Positions 39,581 to 49,466 of a DNA stretch of 64,000 bases are shown piece by piece; position 1 is the stretch's first letter, and every line of letters begins with the position of its first letter. Source of the stretch: Streptococcaceae bacterium (lineage in GTDB: Bacteria; Bacillota; Bacilli; Lactobacillales; Streptococcaceae). The position numbers and the translations under genes were made by a program. The notes beneath the pieces were generated by a model. It saw only the letters and a program-made list of their open reading frames with translations, was not told the DNA's origin and did not search any database. The stretch covers positions 391 through 64,390 of the forward strand of contig JAITVN010000004.1 of assembly GCA_031285775.1 (NCBI GenBank), in the 5' to 3' direction.

Positions 39581-41044
39581 TTATTTTAAATGCTTGTTTG
39601 CATAGTCCGTCACAGCTTTACCGCCCGCATCTTGCCATGATTTGATATAAGCATCGAAGCTAGAAATTGGCTTTTTGCCAGTGATCACATCTGCCTCAAA
39701 TTCGTTGAACACATTTGTCGCAGCATCCCATTGTGTGGTCAAATCGTCTGGAATAACAAAGGCATTATCTGCAGTATAGAATTTGTCAACCTTATCAAGT
39801 GAATCCTCGGCGACAGCGCTCATCAAAGGTTTCGCCAATTCATATTTGACATTAAGTTTGCGCGGTTCCCAAAAACGAGCGTACCAATTTGCCTCTTTAT
39901 CAGTGAAATCGATTTTTCCATCAACAATATTGTATTCCTCGCCCTTGTAGCCGAAACGATCAAGTAACTGTCCTTCTGGACTTCCAAGAAAGTCAAGCAC
40001 TTGGAAAGCAACCTCTTTATGTTTAGACTGACTTGAAATTGCGAGTCCGCGCGACTCTTTCGATAAATCTGTTGCGCCATAACCTTGTGAGGCACCTTTG
40101 GCTGGATCAAGTGCGACCAAGGTATCCCCTGAAAGATCCTGAGTTTTCTGGTTATACATGTCAATGACTTTACCAGTTGTCCCCAAAATCATCCCAGATT
40201 TTCCATCATAGAAGGCTTGCTCTTTCGTGTCCCATTGCTTAGTCAAGAACTCTTTGTCCAAAATGCCTTCATCGTACAATTTTTTATAAAAAGTCAGCTT
40301 ATCTTTTTCTTTGTCACTGACACCGCTCCAAACATATTTTCCGTCCTGTTGAATCCAAGTTTTGTCAAGACCGAATGACATTTTGAAAGCATTATCAAGT
40401 TCAGCTACCGTGCCGGCGGTCGTAATCCCGTAGCTGGCTGCATTTCCCGTGCCGTCGCTCTTACCGATCAAAGCTTTAAGAAGTGCCGTATAGTTTGCAG
40501 AGGTCGGATCAGCCATCAGGCTTGCCTGATCTGCAACCTGATCCAGAACACGCTTCTTCACAACTGGAACAGATGCTCGGTTTGGTTTAATCCAAAGCAG
40601 ATAAGGATAGTTTTCAAGACGTCTAGTGTTCACTTCCGTCATCATGTCCTTGAGATACTTAGAGTCTTTAACGTAAGGACGAAGGTCTTCTAAAACCTTC
40701 TGTTGTGCGAATTGTGCGTCGCCGCCCTGGAAATAGATAATATCTGGAATATTACCGCTAGAAATCTGCAATGCCAGTTTATCCGCATAGCTCTCGCTCG
40801 GTAAATCTACAATCTCAAATTTGACATTAAGATTACCAGACTTTTTTAACACTTTGCTTAATTCCTTATAGTACTTGACAGCTGCTTTATTACTCGAATT
40901 ATCGTCCTTGTAGGCAATTTTTAATGTGACAGTTCCTGACTCTGCGTCTGTTTTCTGACCTGTATCAGATTTGTTTGAGCAGGCTGCTAGCGTGAACATT
41001 GCGGCAGCCGCAAAAAGGCTTGTAAAAAATGCTTTCTTATTCAT
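39581..41044 (-). CDS. carbohydrate ABC substrate-binding lipoprotein
   Basis: Lipobox LAAC, SGNIPDII, WQDAGG. Confidence 0.9.
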   Translation of the reverse strand: MNKKAFFTSLFAAAAMFTLAACSNKSDTGQKTDAESGTVTLKIAYKDDNSSNKAAVKYYKELSKVLKKSGNLNVKFEIVDLPSESYADKLALQISSGNIPDIIYFQGGDAQFAQQKVLEDLRPYVKDSKYLKDMMTEVNTRRLENYPYLLWIKPNRASVPVVKKRVLDQVADQASLMADPTSANYTALLKALIGKSDGTGNAASYGITTAGTVAELDNAFKMSFGLDKTWIQQDGKYVWSGVSDKEKDKLTFYKKLYDEGILDKEFLTKQWDTKEQAFYDGKSGMILGTTGKVIDMYNQKTQDLSGDTLVALDPAKGASQGYGATDLSKESRGLAISSQSKHKEVAFQVLDFLGSPEGQLLDRFGYKGEEYNIVDGKIDFTDKEANWYARFWEPRKLNVKYELAKPLMSAVAEDSLDKVDKFYTADNAFVIPDDLTTQWDAATNVFNEFEADVITGKKPISSFDAYIKSWQDAGGKAVTDYANKHLK

Positions 41045-41149
41045 TGTGTAAACTCCTTCCAGTTTTTTCCGCTCGCTTGAACGCCTATAAGTATTCAATC
41101 CTGATTTTCTTTACAACGACATTCTCAGCCGCCGTCAAGCTGCTCCCCT

Positions 41150-42046
41150 CTATTCTTTGACACCTCCTTCCATTGTGCCCTCCGTGAAGAACTTCAGAAT
41201 CACAGGATAAAGCAAAATCAGAGGGATGATTGAAACAATAATTGTGCCAGCTCTTAATGAATCAAAATTAATAGTTCTAAGAACGCTGGCAGGGAGTGCC
41301 CCTGATGTGTTGAGCATCGCGGAATTGTCTCCCAGTACAACAAACTGACGCATAAGAACAGCCAAGGGCCACTTTCCCGGATCGTTCAGGTAGATAGAGG
41401 CGCGAAAGAATTCATTCCAGCGAAAGACTCCGTAAAAGAGCGCCATCATCGCTAAAGGTGTTTTTGACAAAGGCAGCACGATTTTCGTGAATTTCTTCCA
41501 ATGTCCCGCCCCATCAATCTCTGCGGATTCAAGAATCGAGTCTGGAATGTCCTCAAAGAAGCGCATCATAATCACAAGATAGTAAACATCAATTGTTTTG
41601 TACAAAATCACAGACCACAAGGAATTCAGCAGCCCCAAATCTTTGACCACGAAGTATTCCTGAATAAGCCCCGGCTCGAAAACCATCAGTATTATCAGCA
41701 TTACCATCAGCGGACTTTTCCCCACGAAATGTGAACGAGTCAGCACATAAGCCGTCAAAGCCGTCAGCAGCAGGCTGAGAATCGTGCCGATTACTGTCAG
41801 AAAAACTGAAATTCCGATACTTTTGGTAATGGCAGGATTTGAGAAGAGAATCTCATAATTCTGAAAGGTGAAACCCTTTGGTATAACACTCAAGCCGCTT
41901 AATTCACCCATTTTCTCTGGGCTTGTCAAAGACTTCGCCAGAATATTCAAAATTGGAATCGCCATGGACAGAGCCAGCAAAATCAGAATAATGGAGCCGG
42001 TGACGGTGCCCACACCGATTTTTTTATTTCTTCTGATCATCACCAA
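41150..42046 (-). CDS. carbohydrate ABC permease
   Basis: EAA motif ESAEIDGA, ends GGVKE. Confidence 0.92.
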   Translation of the reverse strand: MVMIRRNKKIGVGTVTGSIILILLALSMAIPILNILAKSLTSPEKMGELSGLSVIPKGFTFQNYEILFSNPAITKSIGISVFLTVIGTILSLLLTALTAYVLTRSHFVGKSPLMVMLIILMVFEPGLIQEYFVVKDLGLLNSLWSVILYKTIDVYYLVIMMRFFEDIPDSILESAEIDGAGHWKKFTKIVLPLSKTPLAMMALFYGVFRWNEFFRASIYLNDPGKWPLAVLMRQFVVLGDNSAMLNTSGALPASVLRTINFDSLRAGTIIVSIIPLILLYPVILKFFTEGTMEGGVKE

Positions 42047-42942
42047 ACTCCTTTCCCTGTAATTTTCTTCGAGGCAAAATGCGTGCCCAGAATCAGCACC
42101 ATGCCGATTAATCCCTTGAATAGGCTTGCCGCAGTCGCAATCGCATATTGACCATTCTGCAGACCAATTCGGTAAACATAAGTATCAAGAATGTCAACCA
42201 CTGAAATGACGGAATTATTCATCAGGTTGAAAACCTGGTCAAAGCCGGCATTCATGAAGAAGCCCAGATTCAGAATGAAAACTGTAATAATCGTATTTCT
42301 AAGCTGCGGCAGCGTGATGTGAAAGGTCTGCTGCCAGGAACTGGCACCGTCCATGTAGGCCGCCTCATAAAGTGCCGGACTGATTTTCATCATTGCTGCC
42401 AGGTAAATGATACAGTCCCAGCCGGCGCTGCGCCACATTTCGGAGAAAACCAGCACCCAACGGATTGCACCTTTGGAAGTCATGAAATCCACGGCTGGAA
42501 AGTGAAAGAAAGTAAGAATTTGATTAACGCCACCTGTGGACGGGCTCAAGAGATTGATCCAGATTCCCGCAATGACGACCCAAGATAAAAAGTGCGGCAG
42601 GTAGACAAATGATTGCACTGCTTTTTTCAGCCTAACAAAAGGATTGGATTGAAGCAAAAACGAAAGCAAAATCGGAATCGGAAATACAAAGAAAATTTTC
42701 ATCGAACTGATAATAATCGTGTTTCTCAATACATTCATGAACGCTGAGGAACTGAACAGTACCCTAAAATTCTTTAAACCCGCCCAGACATTATCTTCAA
42801 TGATTCGATAATCCTGGAAAGCCAGTTTCATTTCAAAAATCGGCCACAATCTGAAAAGAATGAAATAAATTAGGCCTGGTATTAAAAACACATATAAGAG
42901 CCAATTAAGGTGAATGTACTTCAACTTCTCTTTAATTGTCAT
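42040..42942 (-). CDS. carbohydrate ABC permease (LplB type)
   Basis: YLPHFLSWVV, LYEAAYMDGA. Confidence 0.92.
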   Translation of the reverse strand: MTIKEKLKYIHLNWLLYVFLIPGLIYFILFRLWPIFEMKLAFQDYRIIEDNVWAGLKNFRVLFSSSAFMNVLRNTIIISSMKIFFVFPIPILLSFLLQSNPFVRLKKAVQSFVYLPHFLSWVVIAGIWINLLSPSTGGVNQILTFFHFPAVDFMTSKGAIRWVLVFSEMWRSAGWDCIIYLAAMMKISPALYEAAYMDGASSWQQTFHITLPQLRNTIITVFILNLGFFMNAGFDQVFNLMNNSVISVVDILDTYVYRIGLQNGQYAIATAASLFKGLIGMVLILGTHFASKKITGKGVW

Positions 42943-42944
42943 TG

Positions 42945-43067
42945 TTCCTTGCCTCCCACACTCAGGAAAAAGCTGTCGCCATGAATCGTTTCACCTTTTT
43001 TGGGAACACAAAGTGTTTCGAACACCAGATCTACATTTGCGCTTCCTATAAACACAATCTTTTTCAT
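42945..43067 (-). pseudogene. ribokinase (PfkB) N-terminal remnant
   Basis: AAGGAG RBS; MKKIVFIGSANVDL...PKKGETIHGDSF, frameshift, then VGGK; rest deleted. Confidence 0.75.
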
Positions 43068-43284
43068 TGCTTCTCCTTTTGAACAGCATTCTCATAAGCG
43101 CTCGGTTTTGAATAGCATTATTGCTTTTCTTCGCCAAAGCTTTCTCCGATTACTTGAGCTTCTGGAAACACTCAACGTAAGCAGACATTTGCTGCTTCAA
43201 CAGCATAAAGTTCACCTTCTATGTGAGCAAATACTCGATCATTTTTCCCCTTTTTATTGCCTTTTACCCCTCTTAAATGATTTC

Positions 43285-44573
43285 TCAACTTGTCCATTTT
43301 AGGAGGTTCAGAGCCAGAGTAACAACGATGGCGCCTCCTATCCGCACAGCCACCTGAGCAAATGGCATCAACTCCATTCTTTCCCCAGCAGCTAGAATAG
43401 CCAGTGCACCTGTTCCGCCCTGCCCGCTACAGCATGAAATGACAATCGCTGAATCTATCTCATTTAGTCCCGTAAATCGGCCGATGAAAAAGCCGCCGAT
43501 CACTATCGCTGAAACGACACTCAACAGTACAACAATCACTCTCCAGTCCGTGAACACAGATATTAAATCTTCCCAAGGTGTCATTGCCACACCGACCCCA
43601 AAAAGCAACAGAGGAGAAATTCCTACAACCGTAAATTTATAAAGAACTTTACCGCCTGTCTCTAAATAGTGTGGAATTAAGCCGACAATTTTGAGCAAAA
43701 TCACCAGAATCAGCACAATAATTGGGACAGGCAAGGCAATAAAAGCATTCATCAACACCGAAATAAAATAAATTGCAATAGAAATTCCAAGCACCGCAAA
43801 GCCATTTTCAAAATTCGATTTTCCACTTGCTGGCAGATGAATATTTTCGCTCAGACTCTTCTCAACACCTTTAACTAATTGACCGTAACCCGTTAGTGCG
43901 CTTTTTTTCAATCCCAATTGGTTCAGCAGGCCCGCATAAATCACCCCGATAAGTCCGCCCATGAAAACACAAGGCAAAAGCTGCGCAAAAACCTGACCCT
44001 GATTTAATCCCATCATCGTGGAATATCCGATGGATAAAGGCAGGGCACCTTCACCAACACCACCCGCCATGACAGGGACAATAATAAAGAAAACGGCATG
44101 CTTGATGTCCAACCCCAGAAGAAAAGCAATCCCGATACCTGTTAAAATTCCTAAGGCTTGAGATGCAATCAATGCAGCGAATATCCTGGACGTTGCCTTC
44201 AAAAGAATTTTTCGATTCATACTGAACATACTGCCCACCACGATAAAAATAATGAACAGATTCAAAAAATTGGTATGCTTCATGAAGTCATCAATGATTT
44301 TCACAGATTGCTCTGGGATCCATTTCTGATAAACTAGAAAAGCCGGGAGAAACGTGATGACAAGCACCTTCCCACCAAAAGTCTTAATAATCGGAAGCCT
44401 AGCACCAACTTCCGAAAAAACAGGGCGTAAACCATCAAAATACCAACTCCGCCCAAAAAGTCATTCGGCAGCTTGTGTGTCAGTGAAAGTCCGATATAGC
44501 TGACAAGGAGAACAAGATAGACTTGATAAGGCAGATAGCCTATTTTAAATTTTTTGTGAAGTAAACTTTTCAT
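43285..44573 (-). pseudogene. 2-hydroxycarboxylate transporter (CitP/MleP family), frameshifted
   Basis: MAGGVGEGALPL, GQGGTG, LMPFAQVAVRIGG; two ORFs joined by frameshift near A6 run 44415-44420. Confidence 0.85.
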
Positions 44574-44979
44574 AAGCTTTTTGATGCGGGAACGTTCCCA
44601 TGCTTTCTAAATCCTTATTTTTATCTCGTTGTTTCTCTATTAACAAGGTAAAAAGGGAGTATGAACCGTTTGTTTTCGATAAACTGATGTGTGATAATAC
44701 CAGTCGCTCACTCTGGATCAAAACTCTCAGATATTCTTCAGCTAACTCCTCATTATTGCCAATATCTCCCAACCAAATTTAATTCCTTTTTCCTGCAGAA
44801 AGATCTCTACTCCTATAGCCAGCATAGGAAAAAAGGATTTGAAATACCAGGAAGAAGAGGCCGACGACATGACTTTTCTTCGTTTTTAAGTACGCGAGCT
44901 TGCAGGTTAAGGACAAAATTCAACACACTGTAGATTTCGAAACATTGGAAAGTTCTGCAGCCTGTTTAATAGTAACCAA
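44545..44979 (-). pseudogene. LacI/RbsR-type regulator remnant
   Basis: TTG-VTIKQAAELSNVSKSTV, then LNF-NLQARVLK-KSHVVGL, frameshift, PGISNPFF; deletions. Confidence 0.75.
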
Positions 44980-45000
44980 CTTCTTCCTTTCAGCCAAGCA

Positions 45001-45045
45001 GTGAAAACGTTTCCACGTTCTAATAAGTTTATAATAACGCTTTCA
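45001..45045. promoter_or_regulatory. LacI-type operator and cre-like site
   Basis: Near-palindrome GTGAAAACGTTTCCAC; TGAAAGCGTTAT on - strand. Confidence 0.6.
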
Positions 45046-45190
45046 TTTTTGCTTGTCAACTACAATTTATGTCATTCTGTAGAAAAGAAAAAAGTTTAAG
45101 CTTGTTTTAAGCCTTTGCTTATTTTTTTGTAATCTATTTGCCATATACATATTCTCTGGGTTCTAAAATAATAAAAGAGCCTAAGGCTCT

Positions 45191-45390
45191 CAGAGTGATG
45201 ACAAACTACAAAATATGATTTTTTCTTTACTAGAAAAGAAAAATAATCATCCTTAGTGGAGTGGAGAAAATTTACGAATAAAGGCTGTGCAGTCAGGCAA
45301 ACTGGGAGACCTCAGGCTCCCAGTTTAGCAATGAAAGCGAAGCTTTGCTTGCGGCCTGCACGCCTTTTTTCGTAAATTTTCTCCACGGAA
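45191..45390. repeat. long branched inverted repeat (MITE-like)
   Basis: 25-bp arms 45261-45285/45362-45386 with one mismatch; internal hairpins. Confidence 0.65.
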
Positions 45391-45451
45391 CGGACTTAGT
45401 ATTCAGCCAAAAAGCCAAAGACTCTAATTTGCGTAATTTTACAATGATATT

Positions 45452-46507
45452 TTATAAATTCTCCAAATAAACCACCGACGGACTCTCAGCAGCAAAACCT
45501 TTTTCCAATATTTCAATCGCAGTCACTGCTTGCTCTTCAGTCACCAAAGGTGCAGCCCCATTGACCAATGTCTCGTAAAAGGCGTCATAGAAACGGCCAT
45601 AGTCGCCGATTGGTGTCTTGATCTGTTTCTCAATCCAGTCGCCATTCGCGTTCTGATATTTTGCAATGCCATAAAGCATCGGAGAGTCTTCGCCGAATCC
45701 TGCAGCTTCTGGCATAATGCCCGCTTTCAGGTCATTCTCCTGCTGGTCTTCGCCATATTTGATGAAGGAGCCGTGAGTGCCATGCACAATGAAGCGCGGA
45801 TAGTCTGAAGCCACTACATAATTTGTTTTCACCTTAACTTTGAGCTGATTGCCGTAATGCAAATCAACATCGAAATAGTTATCCGCAGCTTCTGAAATAT
45901 CAGTTTCATTGTTGCGAATATCGTAAGCTACACAGTCCGGGCGGCCGAACAAGGCGATCATGCGATCCATCTGGTGAATGCCGAGTCCATAGAAAGCACC
46001 TGTCTCTTTAGGTCCAGGCTTACCCGTCGTACCTGGACGGTAATAATCGATGTGGCTTTCAACTTCAAGAATATCCCCAAGGAAGCCTTGCTCAACCACC
46101 TGCTTAACAGCCAAATAGTCACCATCAAAACGTCGATTCTGGTATGGCGACACAGTCACGCCATGTTCACGTGCCAGGGCAAACAGCTCTTTAGCGTGTT
46201 CAACAGAATCACAGAAAGGTTTCTCAACCACCACAGATTTACCAGCTTCAATCACTTGTTTGGCCAAAGCATAATGGGTGGATGGCGGTGTACAGATGGT
46301 AACAAATGAAATTTCCGGATCCGCCAGCATCTCTGCTGTATCGGTGGTAAAGCCGATACCTTTCGCACGATAAGGCGCAATGGCATCTTCGTCCAAGAAT
46401 AAGTTCGCGATGGTTTTTACCTGTATGTTGTCTCGCAAAAGTACATAGGGTAAATGATAACGTGTGGCCGACTTGCCGAAACCGATGAATCCCATTTTAA
46501 TTGTCAT
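45452..46507 (-). CDS. Gfo/Idh/MocA oxidoreductase (YhhX-like)
   Basis: GFGKSATRYHLP, VEKPF, YQNRRFD. Confidence 0.9.
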   Translation of the reverse strand: MTIKMGFIGFGKSATRYHLPYVLLRDNIQVKTIANLFLDEDAIAPYRAKGIGFTTDTAEMLADPEISFVTICTPPSTHYALAKQVIEAGKSVVVEKPFCDSVEHAKELFALAREHGVTVSPYQNRRFDGDYLAVKQVVEQGFLGDILEVESHIDYYRPGTTGKPGPKETGAFYGLGIHQMDRMIALFGRPDCVAYDIRNNETDISEAADNYFDVDLHYGNQLKVKVKTNYVVASDYPRFIVHGTHGSFIKYGEDQQENDLKAGIMPEAAGFGEDSPMLYGIAKYQNANGDWIEKQIKTPIGDYGRFYDAFYETLVNGAAPLVTEEQAVTAIEILEKGFAAESPSVVYLENL

Positions 46508-46735
46508 GGTAATGATAGTTTCCTTTTCTTTAATTATAGTGTTTTATATTTATTATTATATAACTTTCATTTGATTTCAGCAAGGTTTTTGCACATTATT
46601 TGTTTAGCGCCTCACAAGCATATTAAATGAAAATGCTTACAAAAAATATTATACTCATATTATAAAGCATTACTCACGAAACATTGATGCGTAAGGTTTT
46701 CATGTTTCTCCAAACAAAGAAAGGATTTTATTAGC

Positions 46736-47173
46736 ATGACAAACGTTTCAAAAGCTTTCGCACACTGGGAAGACAGCCTTGAGGACGGATTTGGTCTGAT
46801 CTCTGCCGAATCATCACAGCTTTTCATAGAAGCGCCGTATAACTTTAAAGCACGCGCAGAAAGCCAAGCGCATATCACGACACCAGAGGAATTGCTCGGC
46901 GCTGCTCATGCCGCTTGTTTTTCAATGGCTTTCTCTCAAGTTCTAGGCGAAAAGAATCTCACCGCAAGGTCAATTGACACAACTGCAGAAGTCACTTTTG
47001 CCATCACAGCAGATGGACCAGCCATCACCAAAATCCATCTGATCAATCACAGTGTGGTTCCAGGACTTTCAAAAGAGGATTTTCAAGAAATGGCACAGAT
47101 TGTCAAAGCGAACTGTCCTGTTTCTAAGGCGTTGGCTGGTGTGGATATCACGCTTGAGGCTACTCTGGACTAA
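46736..47173 (+). CDS. osmC: OsmC family peroxiredoxin
   Basis: PEELLGAAHAACFSMA, NCPVSKAL. Confidence 0.9.
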   Translation: MTNVSKAFAHWEDSLEDGFGLISAESSQLFIEAPYNFKARAESQAHITTPEELLGAAHAACFSMAFSQVLGEKNLTARSIDTTAEVTFAITADGPAITKIHLINHSVVPGLSKEDFQEMAQIVKANCPVSKALAGVDITLEATLD

Positions 47174-47204
47174 AAAGAAAATCAAAATAATCCCTATAAA
47201 TTGA

Positions 47205-47235
47205 GAAAGACAGTTGTGAACCAGCTGTCTTTTTT
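47205..47235. terminator. bidirectional terminator
   Basis: AAAGACAGTTG...CAGCTGTCTTTTT. Confidence 0.7.
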
Positions 47236-47255
47236 GCACGTCTCACCAATTACTT

Positions 47256-48239
47256 TTATCTGATAAAACTCGCGGCATGAGCTCTGGCATTAATTTCCGA
47301 GATTTGAGCTTCGGTCAGAATGAAGTTGTCCAGAAGCAATTGGTATTCTTTCGGCAGCGTTGTATTCTGCAAAATCGGGCCATCCGTATTAATCGTAAAA
47401 GGGACACCGTTGTCAAGCAATGTGTGATAGTTAGATTTCATCTCCTCCAAATCTTTCACGGCTAAGGTCTGCAGATTTGAGGAAGGGCAAGTCTCTAGGA
47501 TAATATTGTGTTCCGCCAGAAAGGTCATGAGCTGCTCATCATGGACACTTGCTATTCCATGTCCAATACGATTGGGCTTAAGCTTCTGCACAACTTCCCA
47601 CATCTCATCGGCATCTGTGGCCTCACCAGTATGAATCGTCAATCCCAGCCCCTCTGCATGAATACGCTTCGCCAGTCCTACCAGGTCATTAAGGCGAAAC
47701 TTTTTGTCAATCGGCCCAGCCAAATCAATGCCAATGACGCCGCGATCCCGATATTTGATTGCCTTGTCCACAATAATCGTATTGACTTCCTTTGAAAAAC
47801 GGCGATCCATTGACAAAATCAAGCCGGTACGAAGCCGCGGAAACTTCAGGCTGGCACGCTCAAGTCCTTGCAGCGTATAAACGATGATATGATCCAAATC
47901 GATTTTTCCACCACGCGAACGCAGCATCGGATTCATACGAATCTCGACAAGGTCAATATGATCGTGTTGATATAAATGCGTCGGCACTTGCTCTGCCAGA
48001 TGAAACATCGACTCTGGCGTGGACTGGATTTCTTCCAGCAAATCGTACATCTTCAAATAGTCTGCGTAGCCTACTTGTCCATCAATGGTAACGAGCTTTG
48101 CAAACTCGAAATAATCGCGCGCCGGCAATTTCATCCCTTGCTCATGGGCTAAATCCCAAAGAATCTCCGGTGTGACGCTAGAAGAGATATGCATGTGAAG
48201 CTCAGCAAGATTGCTTAGTACAGAATTTTGAGATGCCAT
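47256..48239 (-). CDS. adenosine deaminase family protein
   Basis: ELHMH, TIHTGE, RIGHG, CPSSN, INTD. Confidence 0.88.
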   Translation of the reverse strand: MASQNSVLSNLAELHMHISSSVTPEILWDLAHEQGMKLPARDYFEFAKLVTIDGQVGYADYLKMYDLLEEIQSTPESMFHLAEQVPTHLYQHDHIDLVEIRMNPMLRSRGGKIDLDHIIVYTLQGLERASLKFPRLRTGLILSMDRRFSKEVNTIIVDKAIKYRDRGVIGIDLAGPIDKKFRLNDLVGLAKRIHAEGLGLTIHTGEATDADEMWEVVQKLKPNRIGHGIASVHDEQLMTFLAEHNIILETCPSSNLQTLAVKDLEEMKSNYHTLLDNGVPFTINTDGPILQNTTLPKEYQLLLDNFILTEAQISEINARAHAASFIR

Positions 48240-48538
48240 TTTTGCCTTTCTAATTATAATCATGAATGATAGCTGTGACAGGAATACAGAAAAGTCTGCC
48301 GATTTTCGACAGAGATGCTTCAAAAACTTGTGCCTTGTCGCGAATTGCCTTTTTTAAAAGCGAGAGAGCGCCAAGTTTATTTTAATGATAAATGAATTGC
48401 CCTAGTTTAGCACTTTTTGGGAGTGGGGTCAACTATTCCAGTCTCCTAGCATCTCAGCTGACGCGTCTATCAGTATGAAAAGAAGCCTGTCTCCTCAACA
48501 AGCTTCCTCGAATATATTCTTAATTCCCTCTAGCGCTG

Positions 48539-49015
48539 TCAGCAACTGAGCTCATTTTCCCAATCAAAATCACCAGATTCTTCATAGCTGGACGGCCAAT
48601 GAGCACACCATTCCGGTACTTTCAGCTGCATCACTCTGTCAATACTCGGCGTGTAAGGTTTAATATCCAGCACTGGAGTGCCATCAAAAGCTTCCAGCCA
48701 AGTGAGCCCGATTTCTCCATTTTCCTGGTCAAGGTATGTGATCTGTACACTGTCTAGCGCAATCGGGTTAGGACGTCTGGGCGAGCGTGTTGCAAATATA
48801 CCAAGCGTTTCAGGACTATTTTTATATGGACTTGCCTCCGTTAGCTGACTGCGGTCAATCACATTATCGCAATCCGAGAACCACCATAATATCTGAAGGT
48901 GGCTGAAGCCCTCCAGCCCGCTCAACGCAGGAATATACTGCTTTTCGAGGACAAGTTTTATCTCGCCGTCAACGGAAGAAATGTTTCCTATTGGTTTGAG
49001 TTTCATTTCTATCAT
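48539..49015 (-). CDS. TrmO/YaeB family tRNA methyltransferase domain protein
   Basis: GLEGFSHL, GIFATRSPRRPNPI, DGTPVLDIKPY. Confidence 0.85.
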   Translation of the reverse strand: MIEMKLKPIGNISSVDGEIKLVLEKQYIPALSGLEGFSHLQILWWFSDCDNVIDRSQLTEASPYKNSPETLGIFATRSPRRPNPIALDSVQITYLDQENGEIGLTWLEAFDGTPVLDIKPYTPSIDRVMQLKVPEWCAHWPSSYEESGDFDWENELSC

Positions 49016-49102
49016 TTGTTAGTCTCCTTATGTGGAGAAAGCATCGCAAAAGATGAAAATTTGACAGGTTGTCTCTTTATGCCATGCTCACTCCTTTTTT
49101 TT

Positions 49103-49224
49103 ACTTGAGTTCGGAAGGCCTGAAGCTAGTAAGCAGGCCGTTTCGGCTCTAACCGATTACGGATCGCTTCCCCCCCCTCGGGGGTAAATTTCTACGCTTC
49201 ATGGCGGGCCTTCCTCACATCTTA
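49103..49224. repeat. structured dispersed repeat, copy 6
   Basis: Outer stem GGAAGGCC/GGCCTTCC; inner module as copy 3. Confidence 0.92.
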
Positions 49225-49228
49225 TTTT

Positions 49229-49343
49229 AACTGAGTTCGGAAGGCCTGAAGCTAGGAAATTAGATAAATTGAGAACCTGCCTATCGGCAGAACCTCAATT
49301 TCCTAAATTTCTACGCTTCATGGCGGGCCTTCCTCACATCTTA
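49229..49343. repeat. structured dispersed repeat, copy 7 (tandem with copy 6)
   Basis: Outer stem GGAAGGCC/GGCCTTCC; inner module as copies 1, 2, 4. Confidence 0.92.
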
Positions 49344-49466
49344 TTATTAACGGCGCCGTTAAACCCATTATAGCAAGTATGATTTTACACTACAAGTATT
49401 AAGAAAATGCTAACAACTTGTCCATTGCTAGCATTTTATTGTGCTTTAAAGAATACGTTTTCTGTC

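Noticed and set aside
48240-48538. Possible riboswitch upstream of adenosine deaminase
   Set aside because: No purine-aptamer core (TTTCTAC, CCGTAAA); the - strand reads FILIDASAEML, more like a methyltransferase relic, and is too short to call.
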